Source: Phycisphaerae bacterium (GTDB lineage: Bacteria; Planctomycetota; Phycisphaerae; FEN-1346). From it: 54,610 bases of DNA. Below the pieces are notes generated by a model that made no database searches, had not been told where the DNA came from, and was given only the letters and a program-made list of their open reading frames with translations. A program made the translations under genes and the position numbers. The number at the start of each line of letters is the position of its first letter. The stretch's first letter is position 1. Positions 34,425-43,098 of the stretch are shown here, piece by piece. Location of the stretch: NCBI GenBank assembly GCA_035528235.1, contig DATKZB010000305.1, positions 1 through 54,610 of the forward strand. Reading direction: 5' to 3'.

Positions 34425-34840
34425 CCGCCGCCTGTCGCCTCAACCAGGGTGACCAGGGGCACGAACAGGCCCACGACCATGCCGCCCACGACCAACATCG
34501 TCAGGCCGACCGACGCCGCCGCGAATATCCCCGACGCCCAGATGGCCCGATTCGACCTGGCCGCCAGCGACGCCCCGACCAGCCCCGCAACGACGGCCAG
34601 CCAGACCAGGGCGGCCAGATACCAGACGTGCGCGACCACCCCCGTCACGGCGATGATCACGCGCGTCAGCGCAGGCAGCGGCATGTCGAACTTGTCGAAG
34701 ACCTCGACGAATTTCGGAATGATATAGATGAGAAGCACCAGGGGAATCAGCCACGCGATGCCCCCCGCCACCGTCAACGCCACACCCAGCACCCTCAGCC
34801 CCGCCGAGGGGCGCCGCGGTTCCGCGGATATCCCGGTCAT
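34421..34840 (-). CDS. Small membrane protein resembling a single central segment of GspF/PilC (T2SSF-like)
   Basis: 139 aa with an AAAGGGGG SD. The layout is TM helix, then IPKFVEVFDKFDMPLPALTR, then TM helices. That layout copies the vPxFaevFxxfgxxLPxxTr segment of T2SS/T4P platform proteins. Confidence 0.55.
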   Translation of the reverse strand: MTGISAEPRRPSAGLRVLGVALTVAGGIAWLIPLVLLIYIIPKFVEVFDKFDMPLPALTRVIIAVTGVVAHVWYLAALVWLAVVAGLVGASLAARSNRAIWASGIFAAASVGLTMLVVGGMVVGLFVPLVTLVEATGGG

Positions 34841-34962
34841 AACCCAGCCCCCTTTCGTTCCGGAAACCCCTACCACCAACCATCTTACGCCGCGGCGGCC
34901 ACCCGTGCAACACCGAGGCGACCGAGGCCGGACCCGCCGGGAGTGCCAAGACTTTCTGGCAT

Positions 34963-35052
34963 GGGTGGCATGCCCAGGCCGCCGTTGCCTGGGCATGCTC
35001 CCCGGCCGCGGCACATGCCCACGCCAACAGCGGCGTGGGCATGCCACCCGCC
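34963..35052. repeat. REP-like family D doublet
   Basis: gggtggcatgcccaggccgccgttgcctgggcatgc and catgcccacgccaacagcggcgtgggcatgccacccgcc. Confidence 0.75.
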
Positions 35053-35066
35053 GCGCACCGGCAGAG

Positions 35067-36590
35067 TCAGCCGCCCGGACCGACCCGCACCAGGACCACC
35101 CCGTGGACCAGGACGGGCGCGCGGAACTCGCCGTCGAACACGCCCAGGTCCCTCTGCCGCCAAAGGTCGCGGACCCGCCGGGGGCCGCGGATGCCCAGGT
35201 CCGACCACTCGACCGTTACCGTGCGCGGCCCGTCGTCGGCCCGGTTGAAGAGGCCGACGGCCGTCGAACCGTCGGCGAGGTCCTTGGCCCAGACCTCGCG
35301 CGGGCCGTAGACGGTCAGACGCCGGGCCTGGCGGCCGAGCGGGTCCTGGTTCACCGCCAGCACCTCGTCGTTCGTCAGCAGGTTCAGCGTGAAGTCGTCG
35401 AGTTGCTCCAGGTCGCACCCCAGCAGCAGCGGCGCGGCCAGCAGGCACCAGAGGGTCACGTGCGTGTACTGCTCGTTGGGCGTGAGGGCCGAGGGCCGTA
35501 GCGTGGGTCCCCAGCCGACGCGGCCGACGACGAGCATGTCGGGGTCGTTCCAGTGTCCGGGCCCGGCGTAGGGCCGCCACGGGTCCTGCGAGAACCCGAC
35601 GCCCGAGACGCTGGCCCAGGTGTCGGTCAGGTCGCTGGTGGTCCGCCAGGCGTTGGCCAGTTCGGCCCAGTGGGCGGCCCCCTCCAGCGGGGCGGAGTTC
35701 GAGAGGCTAAGGACGATGTCGCGCCCCGTGCCGCGCAGCGCCTCGGCCATGGCCCGGGCGTGGTCAACGTCGATGGGCTTCCAATCGTACTTGAGGTAAT
35801 CGACGCCCCAGGCGGTGAACTGGCGGGCGTCGGCCCGGTGGAACGCGACGGCCCCGAACGCGTGCTCCTTGGTCGTAACGCGGCCGTCGTCGAGGTCGGC
35901 CGAGCCGCCGGCGTACCCGGCGTACGAGGTCTTCCAGGGGGTCGAGTAGAGGCCGAGTTTGAGGCCCAGGCCGTGGACGTACCCGGCCAGGGCCGCCATG
36001 TCGGGGAACCGGCCCTTGGGCTGGAGGGCGTAGTCGGGGGCCTCGCGGCGTCCCTGCCAGCCGTCGTCGATGTTGATGTATGTCCAGCCGTGGTTGATGA
36101 GACCCGAGGCGACCATGGCGTCGGCGGCATCGCGAATCTTCTCGTCGTCCACCGTCTCGGCCCAGCAGTTCCACGAGTTCCAACCCATGGGGGGCGCGAG
36201 CGCCATACGGTCGCCCGCGACGATCTCGAGCGCCCGCTCGCACCGGCCCAGCGCGCTACGCGCCACCAGCATCACCGCGTGCCGGCCGGGCCGCGCCAGG
36301 CGACCCGTGATGCGGCCGGCCGCCGGGTCGAGCACGAGACCCTCGGGCAACCCCCGCGCGGCAAACGTCATCGGCCGATCGCCCGTGGCGGGTATCGTGA
36401 ACAGCACCGGGCTGCCCGGCCGCACGCCCACGACGCGTGCCCCCACGAGGCGCGGCTCGCGCGGCGGCGGGGGTGTCAGGATGCCGTACTGCTCGGGCGG
36501 CGACCCCAGGCACACGCCCGCCACGACGGCCACGACCGCGGCCGCGACAAGCCGCAAGCCGGCCCTCCACTGCCGGATGGTCCGGTGCAC
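35067..36590 (-). CDS. GH27 alpha-galactosidase / alpha-N-acetylgalactosaminidase family
   Basis: GTG start at 36590, with MGWNSWN, YINIDDGW and YLKYDW motifs. The N-terminal extension carries a signal anchor. Confidence 0.88.
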   Translation of the reverse strand: MHRTIRQWRAGLRLVAAAVVAVVAGVCLGSPPEQYGILTPPPPREPRLVGARVVGVRPGSPVLFTIPATGDRPMTFAARGLPEGLVLDPAAGRITGRLARPGRHAVMLVARSALGRCERALEIVAGDRMALAPPMGWNSWNCWAETVDDEKIRDAADAMVASGLINHGWTYINIDDGWQGRREAPDYALQPKGRFPDMAALAGYVHGLGLKLGLYSTPWKTSYAGYAGGSADLDDGRVTTKEHAFGAVAFHRADARQFTAWGVDYLKYDWKPIDVDHARAMAEALRGTGRDIVLSLSNSAPLEGAAHWAELANAWRTTSDLTDTWASVSGVGFSQDPWRPYAGPGHWNDPDMLVVGRVGWGPTLRPSALTPNEQYTHVTLWCLLAAPLLLGCDLEQLDDFTLNLLTNDEVLAVNQDPLGRQARRLTVYGPREVWAKDLADGSTAVGLFNRADDGPRTVTVEWSDLGIRGPRRVRDLWRQRDLGVFDGEFRAPVLVHGVVLVRVGPGG

Positions 36591-36597
36591 GCTGGCC

Positions 36598-38430
36598 TCA
36601 CTTGCCGGCGGGTTTCAGGACGACCGACTTCAGGTTCATCACGCCCAGGCCGGGCTTGGTCTTCGGCTTGACCGAGACGGTCGTCTTGCCGGCCGTGGCG
36701 ATGGCGAGCGTCCCAACCTTCTCCGTGACGAACTCCGACCACGAGCCGGTGGTCCGAGTCTTGCCGTCGAGCGTGGCGTCGCCGGCGGCCACGGCGAACT
36801 CGCTGCCGCCGCACCCCTCGGCCGTGGCGTAGGTCATCTCGACGTCGAACGTGCCGGGCTTGGCGATCCGCACCGTCCACGAGACCCAGTCCTTGACGTC
36901 GGTCCAGAACCCGATGTTGTCCTTGCCGCCGCCGGACTCGTAGCGGGCCGTGTCGCCGTGGACGGTGGCGTCGCGTGCCGCGAGGGTGACGGTGCCGTCG
37001 GCGGCTTGTCCGATGGGCGGCCCGGCGGCCAGCGCCTCGTCAACGGCGACGGCGTCCTTGAAGCGGACCGCGACGACCGTGGCCACGAGGTCGGGGCTTT
37101 CGGGCGGGTGGATGATGAGCATGGCGGCGCCCTCGAGCGGCTGGACCTCGTACTTGATTTCGCCGACGTCCGGATTGACCGCGGCCACGCCGACGACCTC
37201 GCCCTTGACGCCCGGCAAGCGCACGGGCCCGTCCCACTCGAACACGTGGACGTAGAGCGTGCGGCCCTTGACGGTGCACCGGCCGTTGAAGGGGTGCTTC
37301 TTCCAGGGGCTCTGGGTGGTGCCGTAGACGGCGTCGCCGTTGCGGCGGAGCCATCGGCCCACTTCGCGGAGGCGGTCGACGCTGGGCTGGGGGATGAGGC
37401 CCTCGGCGGTGGGCCCGACGTTCAGGAGGAAGTTGCCTCCCTTCGCTGCAATGTCGATGAGTTTGCGCACCAGGTCGGTGGCGGATTTCCAGTTCTGGTC
37501 GTTGGTCTTGAAGCCCCAGGTGTCGTTGAGGGTCATGCAGGTTTCCCAGAGCCGCCCCTGGATGGCGCCGGCGGGGATGGTCTGCTCGGGGGTCTCGTAA
37601 TCGCCGTCGGTGCCCTTGCGTTTGCCGACGCGGTTGTTGACGATGAGGCTGGGCTGAAGGGTGCGGCAGAATCGGTACAGGTCGGTGCCCTTGGCCTCGT
37701 CCCACTCGCCGATCCATTCGCCGTCGAACCACAGGATGCCCAGCGGCCCGTAGCGCGTGATGAGTTCCTTGACCTGCGGCTTGAGGACCTCCTGGTGGTA
37801 CGTGGCGAAATCCGCACCCTTGGCCTGGGGGTGGTGCCAGTCCATGATGGAATGGTAGAAGCAGAACTTGATGCCCTCGGCCCGGCAGGCCTGGGCCAGT
37901 TCCTTCATGGGGTCGCGCGTAAAGGGCGTCGCATCGGCTATGTCGTATTTGGATACGTCGGACGGCCACATGCTGAAACCGTCGTGGTGTTTCGAGGTGA
38001 TGACCATGTAGGTCATGCCGGCGTCGCGGGCCAGGCGGGCCCACTCGGCCGCGTTGAACTTCACGGGGTTGAACCGGGCGGCGAACTTCTCGTACTCGGG
38101 CACCGGAATCTTGGCGTTGTCCATGATCCACTCGCCGATGCCGCCCACCTCCTTGCCGTCGTACACGCCGGCCGGCACCGCGTAGACGCCCCAGTGGATG
38201 AACATGCCGAACTTGCCCTCGCGGAACCACTCGGTCCGCGGGCTCGTCAGCGGATCGTCGTCCATCGGCGCGGCCTTCAGGGGAACGTCGCGCGGCGAAC
38301 CCACCGCCGCGGCCGCCCCGCCGCCGCACCCCGACGCCAGCACGGCCGCAAGACACACCAAGGCCAGCGCGCCGACCGACGAGACGCGCGGCAGCCACAC
38401 GCACGGCGACAAGCGATGGAAAGTCGTCAT
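36598..38430 (-). CDS. GH29 alpha-L-fucosidase with C-terminal carbohydrate-binding-like domain
   Basis: ATG 38430 has an AAAGGAG SD and a lipoprotein-like signal (LASGCGG). [14 protein letters not shown] and [10 protein letters not shown] motifs are present. The C-terminal ~150 aa are beta-rich. Confidence 0.9.
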   Translation of the reverse strand: MTTFHRLSPCVWLPRVSSVGALALVCLAAVLASGCGGGAAAAVGSPRDVPLKAAPMDDDPLTSPRTEWFREGKFGMFIHWGVYAVPAGVYDGKEVGGIGEWIMDNAKIPVPEYEKFAARFNPVKFNAAEWARLARDAGMTYMVITSKHHDGFSMWPSDVSKYDIADATPFTRDPMKELAQACRAEGIKFCFYHSIMDWHHPQAKGADFATYHQEVLKPQVKELITRYGPLGILWFDGEWIGEWDEAKGTDLYRFCRTLQPSLIVNNRVGKRKGTDGDYETPEQTIPAGAIQGRLWETCMTLNDTWGFKTNDQNWKSATDLVRKLIDIAAKGGNFLLNVGPTAEGLIPQPSVDRLREVGRWLRRNGDAVYGTTQSPWKKHPFNGRCTVKGRTLYVHVFEWDGPVRLPGVKGEVVGVAAVNPDVGEIKYEVQPLEGAAMLIIHPPESPDLVATVVAVRFKDAVAVDEALAAGPPIGQAADGTVTLAARDATVHGDTARYESGGGKDNIGFWTDVKDWVSWTVRIAKPGTFDVEMTYATAEGCGGSEFAVAAGDATLDGKTRTTGSWSEFVTEKVGTLAIATAGKTTVSVKPKTKPGLGVMNLKSVVLKPAGK

Positions 38431-38479
38431 CGTAATCCGCTCCTTTCCTAGTGCTACTTTGTCAACTCCTCGCCTTCTT

Positions 38480-38554
38480 GCGCGGCGGCCTTCCCAGGCC
38501 GCCGCGAGGGGCCGGCCTGCGCCAAGGCGCGGTGGCCTGGGAAGGCCACCGCGC
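38480..38554. repeat. REPIN-like family C doublet
   Basis: gcgcggcggccttcccaggccgccgcg (38480..38506) and gcgcggtggcctgggaaggccaccgcgc (38527..38554). Confidence 0.85.
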
Positions 38555-38627
38555 GGGATCCCAATAGGCCCTCGCGAAGTTGACCAAGTACCGTTGGGCC
38601 CAGGCCGGCGCGCGCACCGCGACGCCG

Positions 38628-39027
38628 TCAGGCCTTCTTCTTCGAGAACGTTTCCCACGGCACCACGCCGCAGCGCGCGGCCCAGGCGTCGTACGCGGCG
38701 GCCATGCGGCGACGTGTACGCCACGTACAGGAAGAACGGCCGCGTCGGGCAGCACCGGGCAGTATTGTAGAACTGTGTGAAGCGGATGCCGCCGGCGGCG
38801 AGGCGGTCGAGGTGGGGCGTGCGGATTTCGCCGCCGTAGCAGCCGATGTCCGAGAAGCCCATGTCGTCGGCCATGATGAGGATGATGTTCGGCCGCCGCG
38901 CGCCGCCGGTCGCGCCGCTCTGCCGCGCGGCCGGTGCGCAGCCAAGGGCCGCCGCGCCCAGGGCGCCGATGGCGCCGCGGCCCACGGTGTCGAGGAATCG
39001 TCGGCGCGTCAGGTGCATAGTGGCCAT
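38628..39027 (-). pseudogene. Arylsulfatase relic with internal deletions and a frameshift
   Basis: ATG 39027 has an AGGAGG SD, a Tat-like RRRFL signal, [19 protein letters not shown] and ARCCPTRP (CxPxR). The sequence then jumps directly to [12 protein letters not shown]. The typical C-terminal [16 protein letters not shown] appears in the +1 frame (ORF 38628..38945). Total length is about 130 aa versus roughly 480-550 aa for intact sulfatases. Confidence 0.75.
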
Positions 39028-39052
39028 GGCGGTCCTCCTATGACCGACCGAC

Positions 39053-39204
39053 ACGCGCCGCGCAAGCGCGGCGGCTAACCTTGCCCGGCTTGGCGCTGCG
39101 CAAGCGCGGCGGCTAACTCGGGCCGACACGGCGCCGCGCGAGCGCGGCGGCTAACCTTGCCCGGCTTGGCGCTGCGCCAGCGCGGCGGCTAACTCGGGCC
39201 GGGC
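39053..39204. repeat. Tandem duplication (2 x 76 bp) containing four family A REP units
   Basis: The period of 76 was measured between ctaaccttgcc at 39075 and at 39151. The units are cgc(a/c/g)agcgcggcggctaac with a CGCG-core stem variant. Confidence 0.85.
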
Positions 39205-39231
39205 ACCGCGCTGTCGCAAGCGATACTTCAT

Positions 39232-39257
39232 GTAGGGTGGGGCGCGCCCCACCTTAC
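39232..39257. repeat. GTAG-headed palindrome gtagggtggggcgcgccccaccttac
   Basis: Near-perfect 26-nt palindrome. It overlaps the TAA stop (39254..39256) of the sulfatase gene. A related half-site lies at 53354..53372. Confidence 0.8.
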
Positions 39258-40978
39258 GTGCCCAGCCGCTTGACCTCGACGTAATGCACGCCGACAGTCT
39301 GGTCGCCCGCGGCCAGCCAGGCTTCGAGGCGTCCGTCGCCGGCGACGAGTTTCACGTCCCGCAGCGTGCATGTGGCCGCGCCCTTGGCGACCGCCGTCGC
39401 GAGATCGGTCCCGAGGAGTTTGAACACCGCCTGGCGATCCTCCGGGGCGGGCGCGAACCGCAGCGTCACGTCGAACGTGCCGGCCTCGGCCACGCGGACC
39501 TCCCAGTGGCCGAGCGAATTCTTGCCCCATCCGGCCCGCGGCCCGCGCCAATCCTGCCGCGACAGACGCACCGGGTTCTCGTGCGGCGTGCCCAGGTAAA
39601 TGCGCGGCGGGGCGTAACCGCGCGTCGACGAGACGTCCTTGAACCACGCCTCGTACCCCTCGCGCATCCGCTGGACGACGTCGGGGTGGTCGGCCGCCAG
39701 GTCCTTCGTTTCGCCGGGGTCGGCCGCCATGTCGTAGAGTTCGAAGGCGGGCGTCCGGCCCTTGAGGTGCATGACGAGTTTCCAACGCTCGGCGCGGGCG
39801 GCGGCGTCGCGGTACAGGACGGGCTCGTCGCCGCGGTGCCACTGGAAGGTGAGCGTGCGGTCGGGCCAGTCGCCGGCCCGGCCGTCGAGCAGCGGCAAGA
39901 GGTCGAGGCCGTCAAGTTTCAGGCCCGGCGGCGGTGCCACGCCGCAGGCGTCGAGCAGCGTCGGCACGAGGTCGATGTGCGCGGCAATGCGCGACATCTG
40001 CCGCGGCGGCAGCCGCCCCGGCCACCGGATGAAGAACGGCACGCGGATGCCCCCGTCGTACACGGTACCCTTGCCGGCGCGAAGGCCCGCCGCGTACCGG
40101 TTCCGCTGCTGGGCACCGTTGTCGGTCAGGAAGATAACGATGGTCCGGCGCTCCAGGCCGAGGGCCTTGAGTTTCTCGAGGAGCCGGCCGACGTTCTCGT
40201 CGACGTTCGCAATCATGCCGTACACCTTGGCCGTGTCGTCGGGCAGGCCCATGGCACGATACGGCTCGACATATTTCTCCGGCACCTGAAGCGGCCCGTG
40301 CGGGGCGTTCGTCGGAAGGTAACAGAAGAACGGCCGGTCGCGGTTGGCCTCGATGAAGGCCATCGCCGCGTCGGCGAAGAGGTCGGTGCAGTAGCCCTTG
40401 GCCGGCTCGTCCTTGCCGTTTCGCTGGAGGATGGGGTCGAAGTAACCGGGGCTGCCGGGCGGGTCGGAGGGCTGGCACATGCCGCCGCCCAGGTGGTACA
40501 AGGCCTCGTGGAACCCCTGGTCGATGGGCCGCATCGGATAGTTGTCGCCCAGGTGCCACTTGCCGAAGAGGCCGCACCGGTACCCCGCGGCGCCCAGCAT
40601 CTCGGCCAGCGTGACCTCGTCGGGGTGCATCATCGCGCGGCCGATGAAGGTGTCGATGGCGCCCGTGCGGTAGTTGTAGCGGCCGGTCATGAGGCACGCC
40701 CGCGTCGGCGCGCAAACGGGCGAGACGTGGAAATGCGTCAACTCGACGCTCTCGGCGGCCAGGCGGTCGAGGTTCGGCGTGCGGATCGTGTCGTTGCCGT
40801 GGCACCCCAGGTCGCCGTAGCCCTGGTCGTCGGTCATGATGAGCACGACGTTCGGCCGCCCGGCCGGCGTCGCCTCCTCCCTGCCCCGCGCGCACGACGC
40901 CAACGAGGCGGCGGCCGCGCCCGAGGCCACCATGCCCAGGAACTCGCGCCGCTTCAGACCGTTCTCGCGTTTCGGCAT
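39254..40978 (-). CDS. Arylsulfatase (formylglycine-dependent, Tat-exported)
   Basis: ATG 40978 follows a GGGGGG SD (GTG 40987 is an alternative). It has an RREFLGMVASGAAAA Tat signal, LIMTDDQGYGDLG, CAPTR (CxPxR), GKWHLG and a C-terminal beta domain. Confidence 0.9.
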   Translation of the reverse strand: MPKRENGLKRREFLGMVASGAAAASLASCARGREEATPAGRPNVVLIMTDDQGYGDLGCHGNDTIRTPNLDRLAAESVELTHFHVSPVCAPTRACLMTGRYNYRTGAIDTFIGRAMMHPDEVTLAEMLGAAGYRCGLFGKWHLGDNYPMRPIDQGFHEALYHLGGGMCQPSDPPGSPGYFDPILQRNGKDEPAKGYCTDLFADAAMAFIEANRDRPFFCYLPTNAPHGPLQVPEKYVEPYRAMGLPDDTAKVYGMIANVDENVGRLLEKLKALGLERRTIVIFLTDNGAQQRNRYAAGLRAGKGTVYDGGIRVPFFIRWPGRLPPRQMSRIAAHIDLVPTLLDACGVAPPPGLKLDGLDLLPLLDGRAGDWPDRTLTFQWHRGDEPVLYRDAAARAERWKLVMHLKGRTPAFELYDMAADPGETKDLAADHPDVVQRMREGYEAWFKDVSSTRGYAPPRIYLGTPHENPVRLSRQDWRGPRAGWGKNSLGHWEVRVAEAGTFDVTLRFAPAPEDRQAVFKLLGTDLATAVAKGAATCTLRDVKLVAGDGRLEAWLAAGDQTVGVHYVEVKRLGT

Positions 40979-41030
40979 GACGTGCACCCCCTATGCGCCT
41001 GATCGCCTGCGACGCTCCCGCCGGCGGCCG

Positions 41031-41423
41031 TCACTCCTCGAGGGCCTGGTAGGCCGCGTCGACGTCGCTGACGCGCAGCACGAGGATAGCCTTGCCTTTC
41101 GGGCCGTCGGCCGCGCCGTACACGTAATGGATGTTGACGCCGGCCTCGCCGAGGCGGACGGCGACGTCCTCGAGCGCGCCCGGCCGGTCGTCGAGTTCCA
41201 GGACGAGGACTTGGTGCCGGGCGAAGGTCAGCCCGGCCTCGCGCAGAACGCTCCGGGCGGCGGCGGGGTTGCTGACGAGCAGCCGGATGGTCGAGTAGTC
41301 GGTGCCGTCGAAAATCGAGATGCCGCGAATGTTGACGGCGGCCTGGGCCAGAACGCGGCACAACCGGCCCAACTGGCCCGGCTGGTTCTCCATGGCGATG
41401 CTCAGCTGCGTGGCTTTTTCCAA
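41031..41423 (-). CDS. ACT domain-containing protein
   Basis: TTG start at 41423 lies 7 nt after AAAGGAG. Two ACT-like halves are present (ENQPGQLGRLCRVLAQAAVNI and DDRPGALEDVAVRLGEAGVNI). Confidence 0.75.
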   Translation of the reverse strand: MEKATQLSIAMENQPGQLGRLCRVLAQAAVNIRGISIFDGTDYSTIRLLVSNPAAARSVLREAGLTFARHQVLVLELDDRPGALEDVAVRLGEAGVNIHYVYGAADGPKGKAILVLRVSDVDAAYQALEE

Positions 41424-41508
41424 GAAACGTCTCCTTTAAGTGTCGCACGGTCCGGCGGCCATTATACCCCGCGGACGGCATCCTGCCGAGAGATTGTCGC
41501 CCGTCGCC

Positions 41509-43098
41509 TTACGGCGGCTCGTTCAACTGGCTCCGCTTCAGCGTGAACTCGTGGACAATCTGGTTGTCGATCGTGCCGATGCGGTACGTCACCTGGGGCT
41601 CGTCGCGGGTCGTGTCGAACGACAGGAGGCCGAACGAGCACGTCTTGGCGTACCCGTACAGCGACTCGCGGATGACCCCGTTGGTGTGGTCGTTGGTGAG
41701 TTTGCTGCTGGAGAACTCGTAGAGCAGGCAGCCGCGGGCCGGCTCGACGTCCCAGAGGTCGGTGCGGTGGCGGTCGGCCGAGAGCAGGACGACGCCGCCG
41801 ACGCGGCGGTCGGCCAGAAACGAGAACAGTTCGTCGCGTTCCTCCATGAATCCGCCCCAGTGGTCCTTCGAGCCGGGCTTGGCATCGAGCGCCCACGGCA
41901 CCGACGAGGCGACGACCTTGAACGTGGCCGTCGACGCCCCCAGGGCCTCCTTCAGCCACGCCTTCTGGACGGGGCCGAGCATGCTAGGCGGCTTGGCCTT
42001 CCGGTCGCGCCAGTAGCGGCAGTCGAGCATGAAGAAGTCGACGTCGCCGATGGCGAACCGGAACCAGCACCCCGGCTGGGCCTCGCCGCCGCCGTACGAC
42101 GGGTTGACCCAGTTCTCGCGGAAGACGTTCAGCACCGCGCGTTTCCACGCCGGCTTGTCGGGGTCCGGGCCGCCGGCGCTGTTGTCGTCGCCGAAGTCGT
42201 GGTCGTCCCAGATGGCGAAGGCGGCCGTCGACGCCGCGAAAGCGCGAAACTCCGGACGCGACCGGCGACGGTAGTAACAGTACCGCTGGACGGTCGGCGA
42301 CTTCGGGGCGTCGATGTACACGTTGTCGCCCATGAACAGCATCGCCAGCGGCCGCCGCGACGCCAGCGTGGTCCACATGCGTTCGTGCTGGGGCGTATAC
42401 CCCGCGCCGCCGCCGAAGATGACGTCGAACGCCGCCGGCTCGCCGGCCTTCGGAAACGTGCGGAACTCGGCCGGGGCGTCGAGCGCCTCGCGGCCATCAA
42501 CCAGCACGCGATAGTGATAGCGCGTGGCCGGCTGCAGACCCGTGACCTCGACGACGGCCGTGAAGTCGGCGTCGGCCTGCGTCCCGGCCGCGCCCCGGCC
42601 GGCGGGCCCGGCCAGGTCGGGCGACTCGCCCACGACCACCTCGACCTGGGCCTCGCGGGCGGTCCGCACCCAGAACCGCGCCCGCGAGTCGGTCACGCTG
42701 CCGACCATCGGGCCGTGGACGAGCAGCGGCGCGTGGTCCTTGGCGAACGCCTGGAAGGCGGGGCTCTCGACGAGCGGCGCCAGGAGGTCCCTGGGGCCCG
42801 CCAGGAACCGGCCGAACGGCAGCCCGCCGGCCACCCCCTGCCGCACGTGCGCCATGGCCCGGTCGATGTCGCCCTGCTGCGCCCAGCCGACCGCCAGGAC
42901 GAAGTGCGACTCGATGTCGTCGGGGTGCTTCCGGAGGTAGGCGTCGGCCGCGGCGATGGCCGGCTCGATCTCACCTTTGGCGATGCGGGTGATCTGCCCG
43001 CGGTGCTCCTTCTTGTACTCCGCCGCACGCGCCGCGACGCCGGCCGCCGCGAGCGCCGCAAGGACCACCAGAAAGGCCGTGCCGACGTGCCTCGTCAT
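41509..43098 (-). CDS. PhoD-family alkaline phosphatase/phosphodiesterase with N-terminal helical (TPR-like) region
   Basis: ATG 43098 has a GGGAGGAG SD and a signal peptide. It carries GDNVYIDAP, WDDHDFGDDNS and LLSADRH metallophosphatase motifs. The start overlaps the upstream stop (ATGA). Confidence 0.85.
   Translation of the reverse strand: MTRHVGTAFLVVLAALAAAGVAARAAEYKKEHRGQITRIAKGEIEPAIAAADAYLRKHPDDIESHFVLAVGWAQQGDIDRAMAHVRQGVAGGLPFGRFLAGPRDLLAPLVESPAFQAFAKDHAPLLVHGPMVGSVTDSRARFWVRTAREAQVEVVVGESPDLAGPAGRGAAGTQADADFTAVVEVTGLQPATRYHYRVLVDGREALDAPAEFRTFPKAGEPAAFDVIFGGGAGYTPQHERMWTTLASRRPLAMLFMGDNVYIDAPKSPTVQRYCYYRRRSRPEFRAFAASTAAFAIWDDHDFGDDNSAGGPDPDKPAWKRAVLNVFRENWVNPSYGGGEAQPGCWFRFAIGDVDFFMLDCRYWRDRKAKPPSMLGPVQKAWLKEALGASTATFKVVASSVPWALDAKPGSKDHWGGFMEERDELFSFLADRRVGGVVLLSADRHRTDLWDVEPARGCLLYEFSSSKLTNDHTNGVIRESLYGYAKTCSFGLLSFDTTRDEPQVTYRIGTIDNQIVHEFTLKRSQLNEPP

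Noticed and set aside
36598-39129. 843-aa ORF read as a genuine sulfatase-fucosidase fusion protein
   Set aside because: The sulfatase part is a deleted relic. The connecting residues are encoded by a REPIN. The fucosidase has its own strong SD, ATG and internal lipoprotein signal at 38430. The open frame is noted as a finding, not as a gene.
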